Assembly: GCF_963678795.2 (NCBI RefSeq)
Contig: NZ_CAXXIR010000002.1
Span: 356,861 to 420,860 of the forward strand
From: an uncultured Methanoregula sp.
Lineage (GTDB): Archaea; Halobacteriota; Methanomicrobia; Methanomicrobiales; Methanospirillaceae
Direction of reading: 5' to 3'
DNA length: 64,000 bases
In this document: one piece after another, positions 1 to 9,089 of the stretch
How the letters are laid out: each line of letters starts with the position of its first letter
Numbering within the stretch: the first letter of the stretch is position 1
The notes under the pieces: model-generated
The model's input: the letters and a program-made list of their open reading frames with translations, nothing else
What the model was told of the DNA's origin: nothing
The model's database searches: none
Made by a program: the position numbers and the translations under genes

Positions 1-1294
1 CTTCTCCTCGCTCTATCCGACACTGGGTATTATTTTTACCCTGATGCTCGTCCTCATGTTCGTCTTCGAACTTGTGAAACAATACGCCAATCCCTCGCTC
101 ACGATCTGGGAATCGCATAGCATCACTATTATCTTTACGAGCATCCTTGCCGTCATCATTCTCTATTATCCACTCCGGACCGCGTATCGTGAACAGCAGA
201 ATGTAAAAGATGCCCTTTTGCACCTGCAGGAAGCTGAAGAGAAATTGCGCCAGTCCGAGATGCAGTACCACTCGTTTGTTGAGTCAGTGGAGGATTCACT
301 TTATACCGTTGATCTGGATCTCCATTACCTCCTGATAAATACCCGGCACCTTGTACGCAGGGGGCTTTCTCCGGATATGTATTCCGGGAAGAAATACGGG
401 GATTTCCATTCCGAGAAAGAGACCCGGGTCTTTGCTACCTACGTGGATCAGGTTGTGAGGACAAAAAGTTACATACAGGATGAGTACGAGCAGAACGGGC
501 GGCATTTTCTTCGAAAACTCAACCCGGTAATTGACACAACGAATAACGAGGTCACGGCAGTTACCGTGATTTCATCGGATATTACCGATCGTAAACGAAT
601 CGAGAAGAGCCTTGAGGACACAAACCGGAAACTCAGCCTTATGAATGACATCACAAGACATGATATCCTTAACCAGCTCTTGGTACTCAACTCGTATCTC
701 TCACTTGCAGGCGAGCGCTCCCAGGACCCGGAAGTGAAAAAATATATTATCCGGACTGAACAGGTTGCTGATCTTATCCATGCCCAGATTCTGTTCGCCC
801 GTGATTACCAGACGATCGGTGTTGAATCCCCCCGGTGGCAGAATGTTCTGACAAACCTTGTCCATGCCCGCCAGTCCCTGAAGATTCCCACTCTCGATAT
901 ACATCCGTCCTGTTCCAGATTTGAAATTTTTGCAGATCCCTTGCTTGAAAAGGTATTCTACAATCTCATGGAAAACTGCCTGAAATATGGCGGTGCTAAT
1001 GCCTCGATCCGGTTTTTCTGCCATGAGACTGACGGGGCCCTCACCATCACATATCAGGATACTGGTCCCGGGATCTCTCCTGATGAAAAAGAGAAGATCT
1101 TTTTAAGGGGATACGGGAAGAATACAGGTCTCGGCCTCTTCCTGATCCGGGAGATCCTTGCCATGACCGGTATCAGCATACATGAGACCGGTGAACCGGG
1201 AAACGGTGCACGTTTCGAGATCATTGTTCCAAAAGGTGGTTTCCGTTCTGATGCTCTACCGGGTTTGAAGTCCGATACGGATCAAGGAGATTGA
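1..1294 (+). CDS. sensor histidine kinase (TM helices + PAS + HisKA-like + HATPase_c); 5' end probably outside the window
   Basis: The reading frame is open from nt 2 to the window edge. It has N-terminal hydrophobic helices, a PAS-like segment, the H-box 'ITRHDILNQL', and ATPase motifs 'NLMENCLKYG', 'DTGPGI' and 'GLGLFLIREI'. Confidence 0.85.
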   Translation, partial: FSSLYPTLGIIFTLMLVLMFVFELVKQYANPSLTIWESHSITIIFTSILAVIILYYPLRTAYREQQNVKDALLHLQEAEEKLRQSEMQYHSFVESVEDSLYTVDLDLHYLLINTRHLVRRGLSPDMYSGKKYGDFHSEKETRVFATYVDQVVRTKSYIQDEYEQNGRHFLRKLNPVIDTTNNEVTAVTVISSDITDRKRIEKSLEDTNRKLSLMNDITRHDILNQLLVLNSYLSLAGERSQDPEVKKYIIRTEQVADLIHAQILFARDYQTIGVESPRWQNVLTNLVHARQSLKIPTLDIHPSCSRFEIFADPLLEKVFYNLMENCLKYGGANASIRFFCHETDGALTITYQDTGPGISPDEKEKIFLRGYGKNTGLGLFLIREILAMTGISIHETGEPGNGARFEIIVPKGGFRSDALPGLKSDTDQGD

Positions 1295-1410
1295 CCCGTT
1301 GAGAGGGGTCCGGTTATGCATCTATCCTGCAGAAAAAAAGAATTAAATGTATCGTCCCGGATAACACCGGCTGGACCCATCCCGGCCAAGTGCCCTTTAT
1401 ACAGATCCGG

Positions 1411-2496
1411 TTACGCAGTCGTGTTTGCTTTCACAATGATGGTGGTCGGGGTTGCCGGTATGGTAACCTGGGCGTCGACCGTTCCCTTAGGTGCCTTCGT
1501 TGTGCTGCTCTGGAGCAGGACACCGTCCTTGTAGAAATCAATCGTGAGCACATTCACAGAATTATCCAGTTTCTCGACGGTTGCGAGAAGCATTCCCTGC
1601 GTAACCGGGATCTGGTAAAGACCTTGGGCAGAACCCGCAATATCCTTGAGATTTCCCGAAGTCCCGATCGTTCCGGTAAATTTCCCGTCGTACGTCACGT
1701 GAATCCAGACTCCCGTCCGGGGGATCTGTGACTGTGGAGCCAGCGTCGGGACAACCGTAATTGTTTCCGTGACTGTTTCAACGGGTGTCGCAATCGTAAC
1801 AGGAACGGTGGTTTCCACCGGTTCAGGGGTGGGAACGGTTGTCGCAACTGTTGTACTTACCGGTACGGGGGCAGGAGCAGATACTCCGGTGACTTTTCCC
1901 CATAATGACGGTGCAAGGAACCAGGATCCCAACACGACTGCCGCAATGAGGATGACAATGACTGCACCGGCAGCCATGGCGCGGCCTTTCTTCGGACCAG
2001 CGGCAGATCGGCTGCGTTTCTGGACCGGATTGAGCGGGCGGTACACATTCTCGGATTGGCCGGTTTTTTCCCGGTCTTTTTTGGTATCAGTCGGGAGCTC
2101 CCCCGGTACCCATGGTGGCAGGAGCTCGGCGGATTTCACCCCGTGCTCCTGCTGTGCGGCCAGGCTCATCTCCTTGATCTTTGCTGCCCACGTATCCCGC
2201 TCCCCGCCCCTTTTTGTCTTTTGGGGCTGGGAGAAGACGATCCCGAGGGTATGCCGGGCCTCATCCGGTGCAATTATCGAGAGGGAGAGAACCGGCTCCT
2301 TTGCGGAATTGTCCCCAATCGTTACCGTCTCGATGGCCCCGAACGGGATATCCTGCGGCAGGATCTGCGGGTGACTGAAATCGAGAAGCATGAGGCGGTT
2401 ACTGGTGAGGATCGCTTCAGAAGGGATGGTATTGATGACAATGTTGTGCGTTGACAATAGTATAGTCTCATTGTTGCTCAGGTAGGGACTGCCCAT
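1411..2496 (-). CDS. hypothetical membrane protein (N-terminal PH/GRAM-like domain, one TM helix, Thr/Pro/Val-rich linker, C-terminal beta-rich domain)
   Basis: 361-aa ORF with an ATG start. TM helix 'AMAAGAVIVILIAAVVLGSWFL' follows a basic stretch, then a low-complexity 'PAPVPVSTTVATTVPTPEPVETTVP' linker. No catalytic motif recognised. Confidence 0.55.
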   Translation of the reverse strand: MGSPYLSNNETILLSTHNIVINTIPSEAILTSNRLMLLDFSHPQILPQDIPFGAIETVTIGDNSAKEPVLSLSIIAPDEARHTLGIVFSQPQKTKRGGERDTWAAKIKEMSLAAQQEHGVKSAELLPPWVPGELPTDTKKDREKTGQSENVYRPLNPVQKRSRSAAGPKKGRAMAAGAVIVILIAAVVLGSWFLAPSLWGKVTGVSAPAPVPVSTTVATTVPTPEPVETTVPVTIATPVETVTETITVVPTLAPQSQIPRTGVWIHVTYDGKFTGTIGTSGNLKDIAGSAQGLYQIPVTQGMLLATVEKLDNSVNVLTIDFYKDGVLLQSSTTKAPKGTVDAQVTIPATPTTIIVKANTTA

Positions 2497-2677
2497 AGTA
2501 CCACGTTCCTAGTTCTATTTTGCGCTGTTCGGAGCAATATGCTTTTATGACGCGTTAACGTTGTACCGGGAACTAAAAAAACCGGGGCTATTATCCCGCT
2601 CAACGTACCGTCCGGGGAAATACCCCTGTCCGTTATGAGGGAAAACATAAAAAAGTGAGCGGGTAAGATGTTTCCGT

Positions 2678-3226
2678 TCACATCTTGAGCCGCTGGAGGA
2701 AGTAAACCCCGATACAGATGACCGAGATTGAGACCGCCATGAAGAGCATGTCCATCGAATTCGTGAATTTCATGGCAAGAATCCGCTGGAAGAAACTGAC
2801 AATGAGCACCATGATGATGACCTTGATGATCTTGTTCTTTAAGTCGTCAAGGTTGGTGATCTCAAGGAGCGTGTGAAAGGATTCCGAGTTGCGGGCAATA
2901 TCGATCTTGGAGATTGCCAGTTCGTAGATGCCGAAACTGAAGATCAGGAGTACCATCCCGATCAGGTACAGGTCAACCCCGCCGATAATAGCGCTGAGAA
3001 TCTCAACATAGTCTACTTCTACCGGGGATAACGACACTGCATGGAAGAGGCTGACAATGATCTCAAGCGATCCTGATATGAAAAGAACCACGGCGCTCAG
3101 GGTGCCAAAAGCTACTGCCAGGAGGACAATCAGGCGGGAATTCCAGAGTGCCGATTCAAAGATCCGTTCAAATGCTGACTGCTCATCAGCCGTCTTGATT
3201 TTTTCATTGGGATGTGGCGAATCCAT
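2678..3226 (-). CDS. YqhA/UPF0114-family membrane protein
   Basis: 182 aa with 3-4 TM helices. The architecture and the 'NSRLIVLLAV...' and 'LDDLKNKI' segments resemble E. coli YqhA. Confidence 0.65.
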   Translation of the reverse strand: MDSPHPNEKIKTADEQSAFERIFESALWNSRLIVLLAVAFGTLSAVVLFISGSLEIIVSLFHAVSLSPVEVDYVEILSAIIGGVDLYLIGMVLLIFSFGIYELAISKIDIARNSESFHTLLEITNLDDLKNKIIKVIIMVLIVSFFQRILAMKFTNSMDMLFMAVSISVICIGVYFLQRLKM

Positions 3227-3346
3227 CGTACATCTGGTGACGGTCCGGAATAAAAAACCGGGGGATCATGGTAATGGTTTCCCGTACCGGGAGAATCTGA
3301 AACTAGTCCGGGAAGGCGTGTTCCGGTATACCGGAGAACCCGGAAA

Positions 3347-4642
3347 ATGCCGCCGGGCGAAACCTTAACAACCTTTCCTGCCGAAAATATTCGCACTATG
3401 TGGAAGGAAGTCGGGATCGATGCGTGGCTTGCAGCCCGGAAGACGAGCCTCGAGGATGCACGCACTACCGTCACCGGGATCATCGGGCGGGTGCAGAACG
3501 AGGGTGATGCTGCACTCCGGGATCTCGCAAAGAAATACTGCGAACTCACCGATATCGCGGTATCCGAAGAAGAACGGGAAGCGGCCTACGACGAAGTCGA
3601 TGCACAGGTCGTCGAAGCGCTCATCGAGGCGCATGCCCGGATCGAACGCTTCCATGAACTCCAGAAACCCAAAGATCTCTGGTTCCAGGAGATGGAACCT
3701 GGTATCATACTCGGTGTAAAGACAACCGCCCTGAACCGGGTGGGCATCTACGTTCCCGGTGGTCGTGCTGCGTATCCCTCATCGGCCCTGATGTGTGCGG
3801 TACCGGCATGGGTTGCCGGTGTAAAAGAGGTCTGCGCCTGCTCCCCGCCGCCGATCAAGCCCCTGACACTTGTCGCTCTCGACATCGCCGGGGTCACCGA
3901 GATCTACAGCGCCGGCGGCGCACAGGCAGTTGCGGCAATGGCTCTCGGCACGGAGTCCATCCGCCCGGTCCAGAAAATTGTCGGGCCCGGCAACGTCTAT
4001 GTCACCCTTGCAAAGATGATGCTCCGGGAGCATGCCGAGATCGACTTCCCAGCGGGCCCGAGCGAGATCGGGATCATCGCCGATGGCACTGCCAATCCCC
4101 GCATCGTTGCCGCAGATATCCTTGCCCAGGCCGAGCATGACCCGAACGCCGCCTGCATCCTTATCACCACTGACAAGGCCCTCCCGGCAAAAGTGGGTAA
4201 GGAGATCGCAAGCCAGCTTGCCGCCGCTCCAAGGAAAGAGATCATAGAGCAGGCCCTGAAGAACTCCGGTTACTCGATCGTGTCCGATATGGACGAAGCG
4301 ATTGCCGCCTCCGATGTTGTTGCTCCCGAGCATCTCTCCATCCAGGTTGCCGACCCGCTCTCGGTTGTGACCCGGGTGAAGAATGCCGGCGCCATCTTTG
4401 TCGGCAAGTACTCCGCGGTTGCCTGCGGGGACTACGCGGTAGGCACCAACCACTGCCTCCCGACGGCCGGGTACTCAAAGATGTACTCAGGCCTTGATGT
4501 GCAGCACTTCTGCAAGACCGCATCGGTGGAGATCCTCGACCGTGACGGCCTTGAGGCCATCGGCGATATTGTCGAGACGATCGCGAATGCGGAAGGGCTC
4601 TTTGCCCATGCAAATTCGGTGCGGGTGAGAAGGGAACTGTGA
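3347..4642 (+). CDS. hisD: histidinol dehydrogenase
   Basis: Full-length similarity to HisD, including 'GPGNVYVTLAKMM', 'AQAEHD' and 'APEHL'. The start may instead be the internal ATG at 3398 ('MWKEVGIDAW'). Confidence 0.93.
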   Translation: MPPGETLTTFPAENIRTMWKEVGIDAWLAARKTSLEDARTTVTGIIGRVQNEGDAALRDLAKKYCELTDIAVSEEEREAAYDEVDAQVVEALIEAHARIERFHELQKPKDLWFQEMEPGIILGVKTTALNRVGIYVPGGRAAYPSSALMCAVPAWVAGVKEVCACSPPPIKPLTLVALDIAGVTEIYSAGGAQAVAAMALGTESIRPVQKIVGPGNVYVTLAKMMLREHAEIDFPAGPSEIGIIADGTANPRIVAADILAQAEHDPNAACILITTDKALPAKVGKEIASQLAAAPRKEIIEQALKNSGYSIVSDMDEAIAASDVVAPEHLSIQVADPLSVVTRVKNAGAIFVGKYSAVACGDYAVGTNHCLPTAGYSKMYSGLDVQHFCKTASVEILDRDGLEAIGDIVETIANAEGLFAHANSVRVRREL

Positions 4643-4644
4643 AA

Positions 4645-4656
4645 TTATCTTTTTTG
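4645..4656 (+). terminator. oligo-T tract downstream of hisD
   Basis: A T6 run (4650-4655) lies 8 nt after the hisD stop codon. Archaeal termination typically uses oligo-T. Confidence 0.4.
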
Positions 4657-4871
4657 TGCTATCGAAACGCACATGAACGGGGCTCACACCAGAACTATGA
4701 AAACCGTATCGACGCGAGCGCTCCACGCATCAGGGCCTCTTCGAGGCACGGCGGGGCAATGAGCATTTTTCAGACATGAGCAGGTAATTGAAGCACCGCG
4801 GGGGTGTCCCTTCGGGGGCGGCGCAGGTTATCGTAAATGGGTAAGGGGGTGCAAGGCCCCATCATCATATC

Positions 4872-5128
4872 AAAGAAGTGTAATGATTTTCATGGGAAAT
4901 CCTCATTTTTCTATGATGGGGGCTGATGCCCCCATACCCCCCGTTAAGAGAAATGCCGCCGACCAAAATGGGCGCCCCGCGGTGGCTTCAATGAGTGGAT
5001 CACTCAAGATTGAATATTCTCCCAAAACTGGTAATACGTTGTCATCGCAATGGGGGGTGCCCCAGTGGCGGGGCGAAGCCCTGAGAACGTCAACAGTTTC
5101 AAAAATCATTTCTCCAGAGCACTTCTTT
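4872..5128. repeat. inverted-repeat-bounded ~257-bp non-coding element (MITE-like or closing stem of a structured RNA)
   Basis: Left arm 'aaagaagtg' (4872-4880) + 'aatgatttt' (4882-4890). Right arm 'aaaatcatt' (5102-5110) + 'cacttcttt' (5120-5128). These are perfect reverse complements in nested order. An internal GC hairpin 'atggggg-ctgatg-cccccat' is present. Confidence 0.3.
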
Positions 5129-5280
5129 TAAAAATATCCCAGAGTATACTTTTTTCTCGTCATCAATCCTGACCCGGAAAATTAAATTCAACCCGGAATC
5201 CCTCCTGGCAAATAACATTCTTCGTACGTTATTTACGAGGCCCGGGCAGGATAAAAAATGGTATTTGGGATATTCTTCGT

Positions 5281-7017
5281 TTAAGAAAATACTACTTTAA
5301 TGGTATGATCGGCAATAACGTTCGTGAACAAGCTGTAAGTATAGGGAACGTTATAGCCAAGGGGGAATCCGGATAGCGCAGTGCCATCTACCGTTACGCT
5401 TGAGATACGCCTGCCACTCTTCGGGGTCATCGTAAACGACTGACTTCCTCCATCCGCAACGGTTACGGCTCCCGAGGGGGATATCGATCCCCGGCTTGAC
5501 CCGGAAGTGATTGACGCAGTTATTGTATGGGTGGCTGATCTGACCGTAACGGTATTCGAAGCCGTATTGCTGCCCCCGGCGTTTGTTGCTGTGAGTGAAA
5601 TGGTTTTCGTGCCGGTTGTAGTATACTGGTGAGTGGGGTTCTGGGCAGTCGAAGTCCCCCCGTCACCAAATGTCCATGCCCATGATGTTGGAGTATTGGT
5701 CGAACTGTCCGTGAATGTGAATGTCTGTGTGGTGGGTCCTGATGACGGGCTTTCCGTGAAGCTGGCTACCGGTGCCGGAGGGTTGGTCACCGTAACGGTA
5801 TTCGTGACCGTATTGCTGCCCCCGGCGTTTGTTGCCGTGAGTGCAACGGTTTTCGTGCCGGTAGTGGTGTACTGGTGAGTGGGGTTCTTGTCAGTCGAAG
5901 TCCCGCCATCGCCAAAAGTCCATGCCCATGACGTGGGAGTGTTGGTAGATGTATCCGTGAACGTGAATGTCTGGGTCGTGTATCCTGACGATGGGTTAAC
6001 CGTGAAGCTCGCTACCGGTGCTGCGCTGACGGTAATATAATCAGTCTTCGTGGCCGTATTGCTCCCCCCGGCATTCGTTGCCGTGAGAGCAACAGTATAC
6101 TTGCCAGCAGCAGTATATTGGTGGGTGGGGTTCTGATCAGTCGAAGTTCCCGCGTCGCCAAAAGTCCATGCCCACGATGTGGGAGTGTTGGTTGAACTGT
6201 CCGTGAATGTGAACGTATGGGTAAGAGGCCCTGACGTTGCGTCAGCTGCGAAACCCGCAACCGGTGCTGCGCTGACAGTAATGTAATCAGTCTTCGTGAG
6301 AGTATTGCTTCCCCCGGCATTCGTTGCCGTGAGAGCAACGGTATACTTGCCAGCAGCAGTATACTGGTGGGTGGGGTTCTTGTCAGTCGAAGTTCCCGCG
6401 TCGCCAAATGTCCATGCCCATGACGTGGGAGTGTTGGTTGAACTGTCCGTGAATGTGAATGTATGGGTAACAGGCCCTGACGTTGCGTCAGCTGCGAAAC
6501 TTACAACGGGGCTGTCGATCGTGCCGCCTTTCTCCTCGATATCCAGTGAATGCCATTGTGCAATGACCTGGTGAGTCAGATTGTCCACAAGCCGCACGCC
6601 AACCCCCTGCGTCGGAACCAGGGTGTTGGCAGAGGTGGCGACCGTCCGCTCGCTTGTCAGTGTATAGACGCCGGTATTGTTGTAAATATAGAGATTTGTT
6701 CCTGGTTTGAAGGTATCCACGCCGGATGGCGGGAGTAACAGGTAACTTCCCGATGAAGTATCAATAAAAATATCCATCGAATACAGGAGAGCGTCGCTGT
6801 TCAGGGATGCACTGTCCCCGCCTTTGTGGGAAAGCTGGATGACATTTTTCTCTGAAGGAGTCAGCTGGTCAATACCCGCCGAGATAAAAGCGGATTTCTG
6901 CTGGATAATTTCCCCACCTAATAGTAAAACGACAACTGTGATGGACAAGGCCACTCCCATCACAATGATCAGGCCAATCGTGAGATTTTCGCTCATTGCA
7001 TAATCATTTTTTGTCAT
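5281..7017 (-). CDS. cell-surface protein: N-terminal TM/pilin-like anchor, 4 tandem PKD domains, C-terminal InlB-B-repeat-like domain
   Basis: N-terminal hydrophobic helix 'LTIGLIIVMGVALSITVVVLLL'. Four 82-aa repeats carry the PKD signature 'WAWTFGDxGTS...NPTHQYT'. The C-terminal 'GSISPSGAVTVADGGSQSFTMTPKSGRRISSVTVDG' looks like a divergent InlB B-repeat. Confidence 0.85.
   Translation of the reverse strand: MTKNDYAMSENLTIGLIIVMGVALSITVVVLLLGGEIIQQKSAFISAGIDQLTPSEKNVIQLSHKGGDSASLNSDALLYSMDIFIDTSSGSYLLLPPSGVDTFKPGTNLYIYNNTGVYTLTSERTVATSANTLVPTQGVGVRLVDNLTHQVIAQWHSLDIEEKGGTIDSPVVSFAADATSGPVTHTFTFTDSSTNTPTSWAWTFGDAGTSTDKNPTHQYTAAGKYTVALTATNAGGSNTLTKTDYITVSAAPVAGFAADATSGPLTHTFTFTDSSTNTPTSWAWTFGDAGTSTDQNPTHQYTAAGKYTVALTATNAGGSNTATKTDYITVSAAPVASFTVNPSSGYTTQTFTFTDTSTNTPTSWAWTFGDGGTSTDKNPTHQYTTTGTKTVALTATNAGGSNTVTNTVTVTNPPAPVASFTESPSSGPTTQTFTFTDSSTNTPTSWAWTFGDGGTSTAQNPTHQYTTTGTKTISLTATNAGGSNTASNTVTVRSATHTITASITSGSSRGSISPSGAVTVADGGSQSFTMTPKSGRRISSVTVDGTALSGFPLGYNVPYTYSLFTNVIADHTIKVVFS
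5524..6507 (-). repeat. 4 x 246-bp tandem coding repeats (PKD modules) in an AABB pattern
   Basis: Repeats 1 and 2 differ at 5 of 82 aa. Repeats 3 and 4 are similarly close to each other but more distant from 1 and 2. The repetition is visible at nucleotide level. Confidence 0.85.
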
Positions 7018-7210
7018 CTGTTGAATGTTATAATATTCAATACACTATAAATTGGAGTGTTTTTATTCCTGCTTCCTGTTAAATGCCGGTTGGGATATTC
7101 AGATAAGTATTCGAACATTTCCGGCTGATATTTGAGCTAAGATCATCATCTCAATGAAAATTATCCTTACGCCTCTGCTGGATCTTTCCCATCAGGTTCT
7201 GCTGAATAAA

Positions 7211-7738
7211 TTATTTCCGGTTCAGCCTAGCAGCACAAAACAGGATCGCAGCAATTGCCAGTGCTGCCACCGGCAGGACGGGGGAGACGGGCGTTTCAGC
7301 GATCGGGACCTCTGGCGGCTGGAATGCGATGGTTGTTGAGACATATTCGCCTCTTGTATAGTGCAGTCCGTCAATCGGGTGGATGACTACGTTGACCGTG
7401 TAATTGCCGGGCCTCAGCGTTCCGAGAATTACTGATGTGTCCCATTTATAGGACCATGTGCCATCGTTCATGTGCACCGGTGCAGTGGTAAAAAGGCCCC
7501 TGCCGGTAGGGATATTGAGATTATCGAGCGTTGTTCCCCTCGGGTCAAGGCCGGGGCCGGAAAGAAACAGGTAAACAGCGATAGTGTTGATACCGGAAAC
7601 CGTGCCGTTGAGTGTGATAGTATCGCCGATATGCGGGTTATAATCCGAGGCGGCAATGGTCAGGTTTACGGCACCTGATACAGGAAAACAGATGCCCAGC
7701 AGGGCACAGGTAAGGAGTACCAGACACATCCGTCTCAT
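7211..7738 (-). CDS. secreted surface protein with C-terminal hydrophobic anchor (PGF-CTERM-like tail)
   Basis: Signal peptide 'MRRMCLVLLTCALLGICFPVSGA'. A single beta-rich domain, a Pro-rich stalk 'QPPEVPIAETPVSPVLP', then the TM helix + basic tail 'VAALAIAAILFCAARLNRK'. Confidence 0.6.
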   Translation of the reverse strand: MRRMCLVLLTCALLGICFPVSGAVNLTIAASDYNPHIGDTITLNGTVSGINTIAVYLFLSGPGLDPRGTTLDNLNIPTGRGLFTTAPVHMNDGTWSYKWDTSVILGTLRPGNYTVNVVIHPIDGLHYTRGEYVSTTIAFQPPEVPIAETPVSPVLPVAALAIAAILFCAARLNRK

Positions 7739-7787
7739 ATCATAATAGCGTGTGCCTTTCGGGGCTAAAAAGGATATGACGAAGCGG

Positions 7788-9089
7788 TCAGAATCTGACT
7801 ACCATGACGGCTTCCTCCTCTTTTGTGAGTTCGCCTTTGAGGTGTCCGGCATCGAAATCATACACCCCGGCGGGGTCGTAATCGTCGTAGAGCTCGCATT
7901 TATCGAGAATATCCACGAACTCTTTTAAGAAGATCCTCGGGATTACATCTACCCGTCCCCCGAACCGTGTCGTGATCTTCCGGATCATTGCCCGGATGAA
8001 GCGGTGGGAGATACGCTCCCGGTCCGGTTCGGTATATGCCTGTGCATAGACATCCATAACCTTGAGGGCCACGAGTTCCAGTTTCCCGGTATCGAACTTG
8101 GACAACACGATCTGGGGCTGGCGCGGGTTCCGGAACTCATCGTCCTGGACCACGCTGATCCGGTCGAACAGCGGGGGAACCGACCGGATTCCACGGGATC
8201 CGTCGTACAGGGCCGGTGTGCCCGTAAAAAGGAAGTAGCAGCGCGGCATCCCGCCACGATCCAGCGCATCGATGATCTGGACGAGGGTCTGGTAGCCCTT
8301 CTCCCGCTGGGCCCGCTGAAGTCCCTGCGTGGTTTCCATCTCGTCGACTGCAATGGCAAGCCCCCGGTAGCCTGCGCCATGGATGATCGAGACGAGTCCC
8401 CTGAGGAATATGAACGCGATAGTGTCATCGATATCTCCCCGGATTCCTGCTTTCTGCTTGAAGTCCCTGCCGATATTGGGCTCGGCAGAGAGCCACCCGA
8501 GCGCTGCCTGTGCCGTGTGGAAGTCGCCGGCATTGTTGGACTGGTAATAGGTACGCAGTGCTGCAGCAAGAGATGAGTTCATCTCGGAAATGGCGGAGAG
8601 TGCATTTTCAATCTCCCGTTCGGTTGATACTTCGAGTGCTGCATCGGATTGATCCCCGGAAGCAACTGAAAGTATTTTTTCCTCCATGGAGAAGAGCCAG
8701 TTGTCGATGATCGTCTTGAGGGCATGCTCCTCTTCGCCGGTCCGCAGGTTGGCACAGATCTGCTGGTAGATTCCCTTGAGCCGGTAGAGGGGTGTGGAAG
8801 AGGAGATAACAACCTGGGATGTGACAAAACCCCTCATCCGTGCAATCTCAAGGGCACGTGCGACAAGGAACGTCTTTCCGCTCCCGTATTCCCCCCGGAT
8901 GAACTTTGTGTCACCACCTCCCTCGGCCACGTAATCGAGCTGTTTTGCGATAACGCCTTCCTCTACATCGAGCCCGACCGCGATCCGTTCAAGGCCTCCT
9001 GCAGGCACGGTCCCCCGCCTGAGCGCATTGATGATGTTGATGCTCTCAAGCCGGCGCCGGTCCAGCCGTTCAGGTTCCGGTGTATTCAT
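7788..9089 (-). CDS. P-loop ATPase, DUF2791/BrxD-like
   Basis: Walker A 'GEYGSGKTFL', Walker B-like 'LAIAVDEME', and the N-terminal segment 'INALRRGTVPAGGLERIAVGLD' typical of DUF2791 as I remember it. The track start at 9125 is a TTG. The ATG at 9089 has 'GGGGAG' 5 nt upstream and overlaps the upstream gene by 20 nt. Confidence 0.7.
   Translation of the reverse strand: MNTPEPERLDRRRLESINIINALRRGTVPAGGLERIAVGLDVEEGVIAKQLDYVAEGGGDTKFIRGEYGSGKTFLVARALEIARMRGFVTSQVVISSSTPLYRLKGIYQQICANLRTGEEEHALKTIIDNWLFSMEEKILSVASGDQSDAALEVSTEREIENALSAISEMNSSLAAALRTYYQSNNAGDFHTAQAALGWLSAEPNIGRDFKQKAGIRGDIDDTIAFIFLRGLVSIIHGAGYRGLAIAVDEMETTQGLQRAQREKGYQTLVQIIDALDRGGMPRCYFLFTGTPALYDGSRGIRSVPPLFDRISVVQDDEFRNPRQPQIVLSKFDTGKLELVALKVMDVYAQAYTEPDRERISHRFIRAMIRKITTRFGGRVDVIPRIFLKEFVDILDKCELYDDYDPAGVYDFDAGHLKGELTKEEEAVMVVRF

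Noticed and set aside
4883-5131. An 82-aa plus-strand ORF and a 68-aa minus-strand ORF inside the hisD-PKD spacer.
   Set aside because: They are mutually overlapping, have no SD or promoter context, show no coding-like composition, and coincide with the inverted-repeat element. More likely non-coding.
5524-6507. A regular repeat array that could be mistaken for a CRISPR or satellite.
   Set aside because: The units are 246 bp, contiguous without spacers, in frame, and encode PKD domains within one long ORF.
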